64,000 bases of DNA from Smithellaceae bacterium (lineage in GTDB: Bacteria; Desulfobacterota; Syntrophia; Syntrophales; Smithellaceae), in the NCBI GenBank assembly GCA_963667845.2, contig CAXXVL010000002.1, positions 2,752,001 to 2,816,000 of the forward strand, read 5' to 3'. The notes beneath the pieces were generated by a model, which saw only the letters and a list, made by a program, of their open reading frames with translations, made no database searches and had not been told where the DNA came from. Position numbers and translations under genes: made by a program. The number at the start of each line of letters is the position of its first letter. The first letter of the stretch is position 1. Below are positions 37,125 through 47,356 of the stretch, piece after piece.

Positions 37125-40100
37125 TCATTTTCCCGTTTCTTCCTTGCGGATGAATGGCATCAAATGCGCGTCGATAAAGGCCCCGGGCTTGGCGGCGCAA
37201 TCCACGGATATGATTTTATTGCCGATGACCACATTCGGTCCTCCTTCACATTGTCCCGTGCAGAAACGCGCCTTGACGCGGAAACGTTCTGCCAGCCCCC
37301 GTTTTCTTAATTCGGCGGCCAACCCTTCGAGGAGTTTCCAGGACCCTTTGATGTAACAGTTGGTGCCGATGCAAACGCCGACATTAACCACTGGCAGATT
37401 CTGCGCGACGTCTTCTTTGATGTCCTGAACACGCATGGAGCGGCGTTTGTAACTGGTGTGCAGTGCGTGGTGCGACGTCTCACTGTCCGGTTCACCGAGC
37501 CAATTGGTGTAGATCGCCTGAACGGACGGATTATCCTGACTGGTCCGGATGGTCGCGTCCTGATCGAGACGATAGAGGACATCCAGGCGGTGTTCCGTGT
37601 CGCTTTTCAGAAGCGGTGCAGGGTTGCCGGAGCCGTTGATGCAGCCGCCGGGGCAGGCCATAACTTCAATCAGGTCATACGGCGCATCGCCTGCCCGCAT
37701 CCGGTCGATTAATCTTTGAGCGTTTTGCAGACCGCTGACGACCGCCAGACGCACCTGGGAGTCACCCAGCACGATGGTGGTTTCTTTGACGCCCTGAAGT
37801 CCGCGGACGCCTTCATAGTTGAAACTTTCCATCCGCTTGCCCATGACGCGTTCCGCAGCGAGCCTGAGCGCGGCTTCCGCTACGCCGCCGCTGGCGCCGA
37901 AAATGATTCCCGCGCCGGAAACCTTCCCGAAGAAAGCATCCACGGGCATGGGCTTAATCTGGCGCGGATGGATATTTTTCTCGGCCAGCATGGTCATCAC
38001 ATCCCAGGTTGTCAGGACTTTATCCACGTCCTGAAGATGATCCGTTTTGAACTCGGGGCGCATAGATTCATATTTTTTGGCGTTGCAGGGCATGATGGAG
38101 ACAAAATAGAGAAGTTCCGGCCGCACTTTAAGTTCCTTGGCAAAGTATTGCTTCATCACCGCGCCGAACATTTGCTGCGGCGATTTGCAGGAAGACAGAT
38201 GAGGTAAAATATCCGGCGCCATTTTTTCACAGTAATTGACCCAGGCCGGACAGCAGGAGGTAATTTGCGGCAGCACGCCTCCTTCGGCCAGACGGGACAA
38301 AAACTCCGTGCCTTCTTCCATAATGGTCAGATCAGCCGCCCAGCAGGTATCGAAGACAAAATTGAATCCCAGCTGTTTCAGGCAGGCGCTCAAAACCGGC
38401 ATGACATCGGCGCCGGCGATGCCGTATTGCTCGCCGAAGGCGGCACGCACGGCCGGTGCAATCTGCGCGACGACAGTCAATTGAGGATCCTTCAATGCGC
38501 GGTAAACCTCGGGCAGCGCCGGTTTCAGGGTGAGCGCTCCCGTGGGGCAGACCATGGCGCAGTGGCCGCAGGCCACGCAGACGGTCATGTCCAGCGGCCG
38601 ATGGTCGTTGGGACCGATAGTCAGCACGTCGTTGGTTTCATAGAAGCTAAGCGCCGAGACGCCCTCCATTTCGCGGCAGACTTTCAGGCACAGGCCGCAT
38701 AATATGCACTTGCCTGGATCGCGGGTGATGATGGGATGGTTTTCGTCAATGGGCAGAGGTTTGGCCGGCTTAGTCCTGTCGTGCTCGACGCCGTAGGCGC
38801 TGGCATAGCCGCGCAGATCACAGTCGTAGCGCTCCGTGCAGCCGCAGGCCAGGCAGCGGGCGGCTTCAGTCATGGCGGTTTCCTGATCCCAGGTGGTGGA
38901 TGATTCGTCAAAATTTGTTTTTCGGACCTGGGACGCCACAACCGGCACTTCCAGACGATCCGCGGGAGCGGTGCCCTTGAACGCGTCCGGCGGTAATTCA
39001 TTCCACTTGCCTTTGGTGCAGGTATACGGATCGTCCTTCGTTGTCACTGATCCTGTGCGCACAAATTCATCGATCGCTTCCGCGGCGCGATGGCCCGCGC
39101 CAATGGCGGCAATTGCTATGTCCGGACCGGTGACGCAATCGCCGCCGGAGAAGATCCAGGGCAGGGCGGTTTGCAGGGTTTGCTCATTTACCACAATATT
39201 GCCCCATTTGCTGATGAGTTTCTTCTCGCCGATGCTGAACCCGTCGACGGCCTGGCCGATGGCCGAAATAATGGTGTTTGCCGTCAGCGTGAATTCGGAA
39301 CCTTCCTGGGGCACGGGACGCCGTCGGCCGCTTTTATCCGGTTCACCCAGCGCCATTTTCACACAGGTCATCTGCAAAGCATTACCGGCTGCCTTAATGG
39401 AAACAGGCGCGGTCAGAAACTGAATGTTGACGCCTTCCTCGATGGCCTCTTCGATTTCGATCGGCTGGGCAGGCATTTCATGACGCGTGCGGCGATAGGC
39501 CACGACAACTTCTTTAACGCCTAGACGCACAGCGCTGCGCGCCGCATCCATTGCCGTATTGCCGCCGCCGATCACGATCACGCGGCTGCCCAGTTCCGGT
39601 TTTTCCCCGCGCGCGAGCCTGGCGAGAAAATCAAGACCGGACATGACGCCCGGTACGTCTTCGCCTTTTGCGCCGATGGCGGTCGCTTTTTGCGCGCCCA
39701 GTCCCAGAAAAACCGCTTCAAAGCCGTCTCTTTTCAGCGATTCCAGTGTGAAATCCCGTCCCAGTTTCTTGTTGTACTGAATATCAACGCCCAGACCGAG
39801 AATGCACTGAATTTCCGCGTCCAGATCTTTTTCCGGAAGGCGGTAGTATGGGATTCCCCAGCGCAGCATGCCCCCTGCCGCTTCCTGCATTTCAAAAATA
39901 GTCACTGCATGACCAAGACGCCGCAAAAACCAGGCGGCAGTGAGGCCGGCCGGCCCCGCTCCAATGACGGCGATCCTGTGTCCGGTGTCCGGCAGGCATT
40001 CAGGTTTGTAGGCCTCTAACTGGAAAGTGTCCCAGTCGGCAACAAAGCGTTTGATGCCGTTGATGTTGACGGCGCCGTCCAGGGCGTTGCGACGGCATTC

Positions 40101-40592
40101 AGTTTCGCAGGGATGCGGGCAGACGCGTCCGCAGACGGCGGGGAGCGGGTTATTGTCCTTGATGACTGCGAGGGCCTCTGCAAAATTGCCGGACTGGACA
40201 TGGTAAATATACTTCTGAATGTCGATATGAGCCGGACAGGTGAGGACACAGGGCGCGATGCAATCGCCGTAATGATTGCGCAGAAGAGCCTGCAGATAAA
40301 TCTTCCGATAACTGTGAAGAGCCTCTGATTGGGTGCGGATCACCATGCCGTCTTCTGCCGGTGTGGAAGTAGCAGATGCAAATCTGGTCCGGGCACCGTC
40401 AGCAACTTCGACAAATGCGGCTTCGAAATTACTCGGGGGACTGACACGCGGGTCATATCCGAGAGAGGGAATATCAATCCCGTGAGAACGGGCAGCGTCG
40501 ATGATCGTCAAGCCGTCGACCGTAACACAATCTTTTCCATCAATGTTTACTGTAATCATTGGTGCGTCCTTCCATTCCATGTATTGTTTCAT
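37125..40592 (-). CDS. Multidomain [FeFe]-hydrogenase: degenerate 2Fe-2S + GltD-like FAD/NADPH + 2x4Fe-4S + H-domain + Trx-like 2Fe-2S
   Basis: GAGPAG, GGGNTAMDAAR, YRR; CILCGLC, CVACGHC; TSCCPAW, MPCNAKKYE, EVMACPGGC; C-terminal CIGTNC..FCTGQC. Start may be ATG 40559. Confidence 0.92.
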   Translation of the reverse strand: MKQYMEWKDAPMITVNIDGKDCVTVDGLTIIDAARSHGIDIPSLGYDPRVSPPSNFEAAFVEVADGARTRFASATSTPAEDGMVIRTQSEALHSYRKIYLQALLRNHYGDCIAPCVLTCPAHIDIQKYIYHVQSGNFAEALAVIKDNNPLPAVCGRVCPHPCETECRRNALDGAVNINGIKRFVADWDTFQLEAYKPECLPDTGHRIAVIGAGPAGLTAAWFLRRLGHAVTIFEMQEAAGGMLRWGIPYYRLPEKDLDAEIQCILGLGVDIQYNKKLGRDFTLESLKRDGFEAVFLGLGAQKATAIGAKGEDVPGVMSGLDFLARLARGEKPELGSRVIVIGGGNTAMDAARSAVRLGVKEVVVAYRRTRHEMPAQPIEIEEAIEEGVNIQFLTAPVSIKAAGNALQMTCVKMALGEPDKSGRRRPVPQEGSEFTLTANTIISAIGQAVDGFSIGEKKLISKWGNIVVNEQTLQTALPWIFSGGDCVTGPDIAIAAIGAGHRAAEAIDEFVRTGSVTTKDDPYTCTKGKWNELPPDAFKGTAPADRLEVPVVASQVRKTNFDESSTTWDQETAMTEAARCLACGCTERYDCDLRGYASAYGVEHDRTKPAKPLPIDENHPIITRDPGKCILCGLCLKVCREMEGVSALSFYETNDVLTIGPNDHRPLDMTVCVACGHCAMVCPTGALTLKPALPEVYRALKDPQLTVVAQIAPAVRAAFGEQYGIAGADVMPVLSACLKQLGFNFVFDTCWAADLTIMEEGTEFLSRLAEGGVLPQITSCCPAWVNYCEKMAPDILPHLSSCKSPQQMFGAVMKQYFAKELKVRPELLYFVSIMPCNAKKYESMRPEFKTDHLQDVDKVLTTWDVMTMLAEKNIHPRQIKPMPVDAFFGKVSGAGIIFGASGGVAEAALRLAAERVMGKRMESFNYEGVRGLQGVKETTIVLGDSQVRLAVVSGLQNAQRLIDRMRAGDAPYDLIEVMACPGGCINGSGNPAPLLKSDTEHRLDVLYRLDQDATIRTSQDNPSVQAIYTNWLGEPDSETSHHALHTSYKRRSMRVQDIKEDVAQNLPVVNVGVCIGTNCYIKGSWKLLEGLAAELRKRGLAERFRVKARFCTGQCEGGPNVVIGNKIISVDCAAKPGAFIDAHLMPFIRKEETGK

Positions 40593-40682
40593 CCGGCATC
40601 AAACCGGATTAGTTTGTTCTTAAATGAAACCAAAGAAATGTCATCAGTGGCAATGTAAGCTACTGATCAGAAATTTCTTTTT

Positions 40683-40722
40683 TACTGACCGTCAGTATAA
40701 GAAAAGCGCTCGGGCATGTCAA
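40683..40722 (-). promoter_or_regulatory. Sigma70 promoter of the hydrogenase/hfs operon with overlapping palindromic operator
   Basis: TTGACA(40722-40717)-17 nt-TATACT(40699-40694); palindrome TACTGAC-C-GTCAGTA at 40683-40697. Confidence 0.7.
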
Positions 40723-40912
40723 TATAATTCATCAGGAGGTTACCGGCGAGGCGATAAGCTTTATAGTCTTCATGGAAGAAAACCGGGATATTCATCATAA
40801 AACAGGCAAATGACAGTCAATCGGTCTTTCTGATCAATTCACTTTAAAAATGATGCCTTAAAAAATTATTGAATATTTAACGGTTAGAAGCAATAATCTT
40901 ACGGCTGAAGCC

Positions 40913-40939
40913 TCAAGTATTCTCAAAAAAAGCCGTTAT
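40913..40939 (+). promoter_or_regulatory. Putative sigma28 (FliA) promoter for cheW-mcp
   Basis: TCAA-N15-GCCGTTAT versus consensus TAAA-N15-GCCGATAA, upstream of chemotaxis genes. Confidence 0.55.
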
Positions 40940-41011
40940 AGATTTTGAAAATACCAAAATGTACCAATGATGCTATTTCTTTAAAGTATTACTAAAAATG
41001 GAGGGTATGCG

Positions 41012-41527
41012 ATGAAAACAGCCGCCGCAGCTGAAGTAAAGAAAGAAAAAACCAATTCCCGGGAAGGCAAGTATCTGACGTTATCACTTGCCGACGAAGA
41101 ATACGGAATCGGTATTTTGAAGGTGAAAGAAATTATCGGAATGATCACCGTCACTGCTGTTCCGCAAACCCCTTCACACGTTAAAGGGGTTATTAATTTG
41201 CGTGGCAAAGTTATCCCGGTCATTGATCTCAGACTTAAATTCGGTCTGCCGGCCATGGAATATACTGAACGCACCTGCATCATTGTCATTGAAATCGCAA
41301 AAGATAATGGGCATATCCTCATCGGCATTCTCGTGGATTCCGTTTCGGAAGTTTTAAATATCAAGGGAGTGGATATTGAAGATACGCCCAATTTCGGATC
41401 GCGTGTGAACACGGATTATATTCTAGGGATGGCCAAAGCCTCTGGAAAGATCAAAATCCTTCTCGATATCGATCGCGTCATGAACGCAGATGAACTCGAC
41501 GACCTGGAAAGAACAAGCGCAGCCTAA
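41012..41527 (+). CDS. cheW: Chemotaxis coupling protein CheW
   Basis: YLTLSLADEEYGI, VKGVINLRGKVIPVIDLR, GILVDSVSEV. Confidence 0.95.
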   Translation: MKTAAAAEVKKEKTNSREGKYLTLSLADEEYGIGILKVKEIIGMITVTAVPQTPSHVKGVINLRGKVIPVIDLRLKFGLPAMEYTERTCIIVIEIAKDNGHILIGILVDSVSEVLNIKGVDIEDTPNFGSRVNTDYILGMAKASGKIKILLDIDRVMNADELDDLERTSAA

Positions 41528-41558
41528 GCACGTATTTTAAGGGTACGAGGTGTGACAT

Positions 41559-42803
41559 ATGTCCCAAACGAGATTAAAAATGAGAATTATCAGTATGTTC
41601 ATCGTCATAGCCGTCATTATGGCTTTGATCGGCATCATTGCTCTGTATCAGCTTTATTATATTGATAGTTCTGACGTCCGGGGTGTCAATGCCTACATGC
41701 GGGCGACCGGGATACTCACCTTCATCGGCTGCGTCGTAACGATGATCCTCGGTTTATATATAAGCCGCAAAGTTGTTGGGACCATTGAGAAAGAATTGAA
41801 GGGATTATCGGATATTATCAGCAACGTTTCTTCCGGTTCCTCGCAGGTATCTTCCTCCTCTTTGCAACTTGCCGATGGTACAAGTTCTCAGGCAACTTCC
41901 CTCGAGGAAACTTCTTCTTCCCTGGAGGAGTTATCGTCCATGACCAAACAGAATGCGGATAACGCGTCACAGGCCAGAGCTATGATGCAGGAGGGGGGGC
42001 ACATCGTCGAGAAAGTCAATCGGCATATGGTTGACATGGCCAAGGCGATAGCCGAAATTACCAAATCCTCCGAAGAAACGGGGAAGATCATTAAAACAAT
42101 CGATGAAATAGCGTTTCAGACGAACCTTCTGGCTTTAAACGCCGCCGTAGAAGCGGCAAGGGCCGGTGAAGCCGGGGCAGGTTTTGCCGTCGTTGCCGAT
42201 GAAGTCCGGAATCTCGCCATGAGGTCGGCGGAGGCTGCGAAAAATACCAGCCAGCTTATTGAGAATACCATGAAAGCCGTCAAGAATGGCAATGAGCTAA
42301 CCAGCTCGACGCAGGAGGCTTTTAAAGACAATGTCGCTTCTTCTACAAAAATAAGCCAACTGGTTGACGAAATTGCCACTGCCTCTCAGGAACAGGCTCA
42401 TGGAATCGCTCAGATAAACCGGGCGGTAGCGGAAATGGACAAGGCCGTCCAGCAGGCTGCTTTTAATGCTGAATCTTCAGCCGCCGCAGCGGAATCAATG
42501 CACGCGGATGTTAACCAACTGGAAAAAAGAATGGCAGCGCTGGCGGGTATCATCGGCGCCGATACGCGGGGTACAGTCCTTCGTGCTTCTTCCACGGGCA
42601 AGTCGCTTCTCGCCCCTGCCGGGAAAGACGTAAAAATGGCAGCGGCTAGACCTATTATTCCCCATGGCAAAGCGCTTCCTGCTCCTGCAGTTCCGGGCAA
42701 AGATGTGAAGCGAAAAGGCATGGCTCCAGCGGCAGCAAAGCCGAAACGCGTACGTCCGGAGCACGTCATTCCGTTTGATAAGGATGAGTTTAAAGACTTT
42801 TAG
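41559..42803 (+). CDS. Methyl-accepting chemotaxis protein with minimal periplasmic loop and C-terminal pentapeptide
   Basis: Two closely spaced TM helices, [23 protein letters not shown] hairpin, Pro/Ala linker, EFKDF terminus. Confidence 0.92.
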   Translation: MSQTRLKMRIISMFIVIAVIMALIGIIALYQLYYIDSSDVRGVNAYMRATGILTFIGCVVTMILGLYISRKVVGTIEKELKGLSDIISNVSSGSSQVSSSSLQLADGTSSQATSLEETSSSLEELSSMTKQNADNASQARAMMQEGGHIVEKVNRHMVDMAKAIAEITKSSEETGKIIKTIDEIAFQTNLLALNAAVEAARAGEAGAGFAVVADEVRNLAMRSAEAAKNTSQLIENTMKAVKNGNELTSSTQEAFKDNVASSTKISQLVDEIATASQEQAHGIAQINRAVAEMDKAVQQAAFNAESSAAAAESMHADVNQLEKRMAALAGIIGADTRGTVLRASSTGKSLLAPAGKDVKMAAARPIIPHGKALPAPAVPGKDVKRKGMAPAAAKPKRVRPEHVIPFDKDEFKDF

Positions 42804-42883
42804 TTCGCACCTTCTTTTGAGAATGTGCCGCTTCGGGAATTGACTAAGTTCCTGGCTGCACAATTATTGCGATCCGTTTGCTG

Positions 42884-43879
42884 CTATTTCTCATAGCCGC
42901 GTGTAATATAAAAAGTGGCCAAATCAAAAAAGATGGTCATTCGCCGTTGCAGTTCAAACGTCATGTAAAGATCAAGATTTTTTTGCAGCGCCCCTTGGGC
43001 AAGTGCGACATCCCAGATATGCTTTCGTATAAGGCTCAAGGCGCTCAGCACACCGCTTATCTTGACGCCGGCTTTCTTCCTTTCCAAGCCCAGGTTTACG
43101 TAAAAATTCTTTATTCGGCCGATATCATAAGCGTTTTCCAGCCAGAGTGTAATCTGTGAAATGATTTTATCGGAGATCGTATGGAGTATCCGGTTTTCAT
43201 ACGGCCGGTACTCATTTGTGGACGGATTGGTCTTCATGTCCTCTATCCATTGCAGGATCATTTCTTCTTTGTTTTTCAGGATGACATTAATCAGGCGTCG
43301 CGTCATTGAATTGGTTGCCTGGCGTGCAGGACGCGTTTTGTCATCCTGATGTTCGATCGCATCCAGAATGGCCCAATAGTCCTTCTTGCTTTTTATATAG
43401 GTTTCCAGGGCATGCCTGTTGGAGCGGAAAGCCAGCGGCGGAATCCGGTGAATCGGCCAGAATCGCGCCTGAGCGCTGTCATCGCCTGCGGCAAGTTTTC
43501 CGCCGCTCTTATCGACGACGAATGTCAGGAAAAGCAGATCCCCGTAAAAGCGGCTTTTGTAGGAATCAACATCCAGGAGTCTGCTGATTCGGCCTTTGAG
43601 GCCCGTCTCTTCCTTGAGCTCACGCAGTGCGGCGTCCTCGATGCTTTCGCCCGCTTCGGCAAAACCGGTCGGCAGGCACCAGCGGCCTTTGAAGGGAGGC
43701 CGGTCGCGTTTGACCAGCAGGATCTGCCGCGCCTCATCCACAATTGCCGAGACAACCGGGAGAGGATTGTCATAAAAGAAGCTGTGGCAGTTCGAACAGC
43801 AGTCTCTGAGAACATTGTCTTCTTTTTTCTTCACGATTTGACCACCGCAATACAGACAGAACAGGCGTTGCTTCTTCAT
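42884..43879 (-). CDS. Zn-ribbon NUDIX hydrolase fused to a helical RsbRD_N/globin-like domain
   Basis: FCLYCG..CSNC, YDNPLP, Nudix box [17 protein letters not shown]; helical C-terminal domain. Start set at ATG 43879. Confidence 0.8.
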   Translation of the reverse strand: MKKQRLFCLYCGGQIVKKKEDNVLRDCCSNCHSFFYDNPLPVVSAIVDEARQILLVKRDRPPFKGRWCLPTGFAEAGESIEDAALRELKEETGLKGRISRLLDVDSYKSRFYGDLLFLTFVVDKSGGKLAAGDDSAQARFWPIHRIPPLAFRSNRHALETYIKSKKDYWAILDAIEHQDDKTRPARQATNSMTRRLINVILKNKEEMILQWIEDMKTNPSTNEYRPYENRILHTISDKIISQITLWLENAYDIGRIKNFYVNLGLERKKAGVKISGVLSALSLIRKHIWDVALAQGALQKNLDLYMTFELQRRMTIFFDLATFYITRGYEK

Positions 43880-44736
43880 ATCGTTTCCTTCAGGAACTGA
43901 GGTTGTGCGCAAATAAAAATCGCATCGTCTTTGCACATGGTGATGACTTTATTCTGGGCGCCGATATCCTGCAATTTATGCAGCAGCTTATTCACAATAT
44001 TTTTCTTCTCGGCGTCTGTTCCGACCAGAAGAAAAGGGCTTTTAAACTGATAGTAGTTGACGAAAAAATCAATGTCCCAGGGCTGGAAAATCAGGGAATT
44101 ACTGAAGTTGAATTTCCGGACCCTGCCGAAATACGGCCGGAGCAATTTCTCGCCGTTTTCGGCAGAGAATTGCTGGACGATGACTTCAATCGGCAGAAGG
44201 CGGTTATCTGCCAGAAGGTTCTGCTCCTTCAGCGTTTTTCTGGTGATATGAATCAGTTCCTGCATATTGCATTGATCGTGGGTAATCGCGATGAAGGTGC
44301 CGTCCTTTCTCAGGACCCGGGCGATTTCCGGGATCATTTCAACAAAAAAATATAAGGCAAAACTGCAGATGATGAGATCAAAGGAATCTGCCGGATATTT
44401 CTTGATCGTCTGAACGCCCGTTGCCAAAAAAGTTCCCGAATAGCCGGCGCGGCGGCAGGCCTCCAGAAAAAAAGGCTCGTATTCCGCAACGATATCCAGG
44501 CCCGTTATGGTTGCCCCGGGGTGAAGCCTTCCTTTCAAGGCTTCCGTAAAGGCGCCGAAGGCCGAACCCAGTTCCAGGACATCACGGCAGTTCGTCAGAT
44601 CTACCTGATTGAGGGCTGTGAGGCGGATGTCTTCCTTATTGGATGAGAATTGGCGAATAAGCGTTTCGATGCGCAGATGCTTCTGCACATCACGGAATAC
44701 CTGCCGGATCTTTTTCCTGTCGAGAAAATCGACCAT
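43876..44736 (-). CDS. Class I SAM-dependent methyltransferase
   Basis: [32 protein letters not shown]. Confidence 0.82.
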   Translation of the reverse strand: MVDFLDRKKIRQVFRDVQKHLRIETLIRQFSSNKEDIRLTALNQVDLTNCRDVLELGSAFGAFTEALKGRLHPGATITGLDIVAEYEPFFLEACRRAGYSGTFLATGVQTIKKYPADSFDLIICSFALYFFVEMIPEIARVLRKDGTFIAITHDQCNMQELIHITRKTLKEQNLLADNRLLPIEVIVQQFSAENGEKLLRPYFGRVRKFNFSNSLIFQPWDIDFFVNYYQFKSPFLLVGTDAEKKNIVNKLLHKLQDIGAQNKVITMCKDDAIFICAQPQFLKETI

Positions 44737-44802
44737 ATTTCTTCTCAACTTTTCCGATGCGTTTCGTGTTCCGAGATGAGAGGCCGCCCAAACGGAGGCC
44801 GA

Positions 44803-45489
44803 CTAGGCCAATCTTCGCACGCCTTCTGCCAATTCCGTTAACCCTTCCACATCGAGTATCGAAATCGAGCGGGTCGTCGCTTTGATCAATCCTTCTTCAC
44901 TCATACGTTTTAGAATGCGCGAGAGCGTTTCGGGGATGGTCCCGAGCAGTCCCGCCATTTGATTCCTGGAGATGTGGAGTTCGATCGATCGGGAAGAGCC
45001 GTTTTGTTCATGCAGATAGAGCAAATAAGCCGCCAGCCTGCCCGGCACTTCTTTGAGGGAGAGATTTTCCACAAGGGACGTAAGTTTTCGGAGTCTCGCC
45101 GACAGCAGCGCCAGCATGGACAGCGCGAGTGATGGTTCCCGGCTGATCAGCTCGACAAATCTCTGCCTGGGGAAAAAAAGAGTCCGCGTATCGGACAGGG
45201 CCTGAGCGGATGCCGGATAGTGTTTCCCGGCAAACACGGCCGCCTCTCCAAAAGGTTCGTGATCCTCGAGGATATGAAAAATCTGCTCTTTGCCTTCGGG
45301 GGAGAGTTTAAAAATCTTTACCTTGCCGGAAAGAATGACATAAAAGCCGGTTCCCTCGTCGCCTTCGGAAAAAAAATTTTGTCCCCTCTGGTGGGTGCGG
45401 TCAAGTGCGATTGCGCCCAGACTTGCGCACTGCCCGGGACTGAGTCCTTGAAACAGAGGAATGGCAGCGATCATTTGATTCACATTCAT
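44803..45489 (-). CDS. hcpR: Crp/Fnr-family regulator (HcpR-like)
   Basis: GKVKIFKLSPEGKEQI, FGEAAVF, HTH GTIPETLSRIL; divergent from hcp. Confidence 0.85.
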   Translation of the reverse strand: MNVNQMIAAIPLFQGLSPGQCASLGAIALDRTHQRGQNFFSEGDEGTGFYVILSGKVKIFKLSPEGKEQIFHILEDHEPFGEAAVFAGKHYPASAQALSDTRTLFFPRQRFVELISREPSLALSMLALLSARLRKLTSLVENLSLKEVPGRLAAYLLYLHEQNGSSRSIELHISRNQMAGLLGTIPETLSRILKRMSEEGLIKATTRSISILDVEGLTELAEGVRRLA

Positions 45490-45522
45490 TCGTGGTTACC
45501 TTAATTAAAAAATAACGCGATG

Positions 45523-45538
45523 CTTGACTTAAGTCAAG
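45523..45538. promoter_or_regulatory. HcpR/Dnr-type binding site
   Basis: Perfect palindrome CTTGACTTAAGTCAAG (TTGAC-N4-GTCAA) between hcpR and hcp. Confidence 0.8.
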
Positions 45539-45602
45539 GCGCAACTGGCGGATAATCCGTACAGTGCTTCCAAAAGGAAAAATAATTCATAAGGAGACGC
45601 GA

Positions 45603-47246
45603 ATGGAAAATCTATCAATGTTTTGTTACCAGTGTGAGCAGACGGCAAAAGGAGAAGGATGTGTAAAAGGAGGTGTATGCGGCAAGGACACGGAGGTTGC
45701 TGCGCTTCAGGATCTTCTGGTCTATGCCCTTAAGGGACTTTCGGCGGTAGCCGTTGACGCCCGCAAAGCCGGTATTGTTGATCATGCCATCAATGTATTT
45801 ACCGTCAAAGCGCTTTTCTCAACCTTGACCAACGTTGATTTTGATCCGGCACGATTTGTTGAGCTGATTGCCGAGTGCGCCAGTCTGCGCGATAGTTTGA
45901 AAGAAAAAGCGAAAAAAGCGGGCGCCGTGATTGATGAAAAATCAGCCGCTGTTACTTATCAACCGGAGACGACCGTGGCAGGACTCGTCGCGCAGTCTGG
46001 GATTGCTTCATTGAAAGCAGACGCGACAGTTAATCCGGATATCCAGTCTTTGCAGCATATCCTGCTTTTCGGGGTGAAGGGTGTGGCGGCCTACGCCGAT
46101 CACGCACAGATTCTGGGGCAGGAAGACGATAAGATATATGCTTTTGTCGAGGAAGCGCTGACGGCGATCTTGCGTGAAGAACTGGATCTGAATGCCTGGA
46201 TCGGCCTTGTGTTAAAGTGCGGCGAGATCAATCTGCGCACGATGGAATTGCTCGACGCCGCTAACACGGGTTCCTTTGGCCATCCCGTGCCGACCCAAGT
46301 CCCACTGGGAGCAAAGAAAGGCAAGGCGATTTTGATTTCCGGCCATGATTTGAAAGATCTGTCTGAACTCTTGAAACAAACCGCCGGCAAAGGAATCAAT
46401 ATCTATACGCATGGTGAAATGCTGCCGGCGCATGGCTATCCGGAACTCAAAAAATATCCGCATTTCTACGGGCACTATGGAACGGCCTGGCAGAACCAGG
46501 CTAAAGAGTTTGCGGAATTTCCTGGCGCGATCCTGATGACGACCAACTGCATTCAGCGGCCGCGCGACTCCTATGCAGCGAATATCTTCACTTCAGGCCT
46601 CGTGGGCTGGCCGGGCGTGGCCCATATCGCCGATGGCAACTTTGAACCGGTCATTAAGAAAGCACTGGAACTGCCCGGATTTGCGGCTGACACGGCTGGC
46701 AAATCCGTCACGGTGGGTTTTGCGCGCAACGCCGTATTGGGTGTGGCCGATAAAATCATCGAAGCGGTCAAAGGCAAGGCCATCCGCCACTTCTTCCTGG
46801 TAGCTGGTTGCGACGGCGCCAAACCTGGCAGAAACTACTACACAGAGTTTGTGGAAAAAGCGCCCAAGGACACGGTTGTCCTGACGCTGGCCTGCGGCAA
46901 GTTCCGTTTCTTCGACCAGGAACTGGGCGACATTGGCGGGATCCCGCGGCTTCTGGATATCGGCCAATGCAACGACGCTTATTCCGCCATCCAGATCGCC
47001 GTGGCGCTGTCCAAGGCATTCAACTGCTCGGTCAACGATCTACCTCTGTCGATGATTCTATCCTGGTATGAGCAAAAGGCCGTGGCGATTCTTCTGACGC
47101 TGCTTTACCTGGGCATTAAAGACATCCGCCTGGGGCCGTCCTTGCCCGCATTCATCACACCCAATGTGTTAAACGTGCTGGTGCAGAATTTCGGAATCAA
47201 ACCGATCACCACACCGGACGAGGATTTGAAAGCTATTCTGGGTTAG
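45603..47246 (+). CDS. hcp: Hybrid cluster protein (hydroxylamine/NO reductase)
   Basis: MFCYQCEQT..GC..GVCGK, SGHDL, THGEMLPAHGYP, TTNC, GCDG, GQCNDAYSA, SWYEQKA; AAGGAG RBS. Confidence 0.97.
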   Translation: MENLSMFCYQCEQTAKGEGCVKGGVCGKDTEVAALQDLLVYALKGLSAVAVDARKAGIVDHAINVFTVKALFSTLTNVDFDPARFVELIAECASLRDSLKEKAKKAGAVIDEKSAAVTYQPETTVAGLVAQSGIASLKADATVNPDIQSLQHILLFGVKGVAAYADHAQILGQEDDKIYAFVEEALTAILREELDLNAWIGLVLKCGEINLRTMELLDAANTGSFGHPVPTQVPLGAKKGKAILISGHDLKDLSELLKQTAGKGINIYTHGEMLPAHGYPELKKYPHFYGHYGTAWQNQAKEFAEFPGAILMTTNCIQRPRDSYAANIFTSGLVGWPGVAHIADGNFEPVIKKALELPGFAADTAGKSVTVGFARNAVLGVADKIIEAVKGKAIRHFFLVAGCDGAKPGRNYYTEFVEKAPKDTVVLTLACGKFRFFDQELGDIGGIPRLLDIGQCNDAYSAIQIAVALSKAFNCSVNDLPLSMILSWYEQKAVAILLTLLYLGIKDIRLGPSLPAFITPNVLNVLVQNFGIKPITTPDEDLKAILG

Positions 47247-47319
47247 AATTTAAGCTCTCATGCCAGCATAAATTCTGTGTCATATTGTCAAGGATCGCCA
47301 TCGCAACCGTCATTCCTTT

Positions 47320-47356
47320 GTCATTGCGAGCCGATTCTCAATCGGCGTGGCAATCT
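47320..47356. repeat. REP-like palindromic element (GTCATTGCGAG...GCAATCT type)
   Basis: ATTGC-gaGCCGATT-ctc-AATCGGC-gtg-GCAAT nested inverted repeat; other REP-like hairpins follow up to about 47525. Confidence 0.5.
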
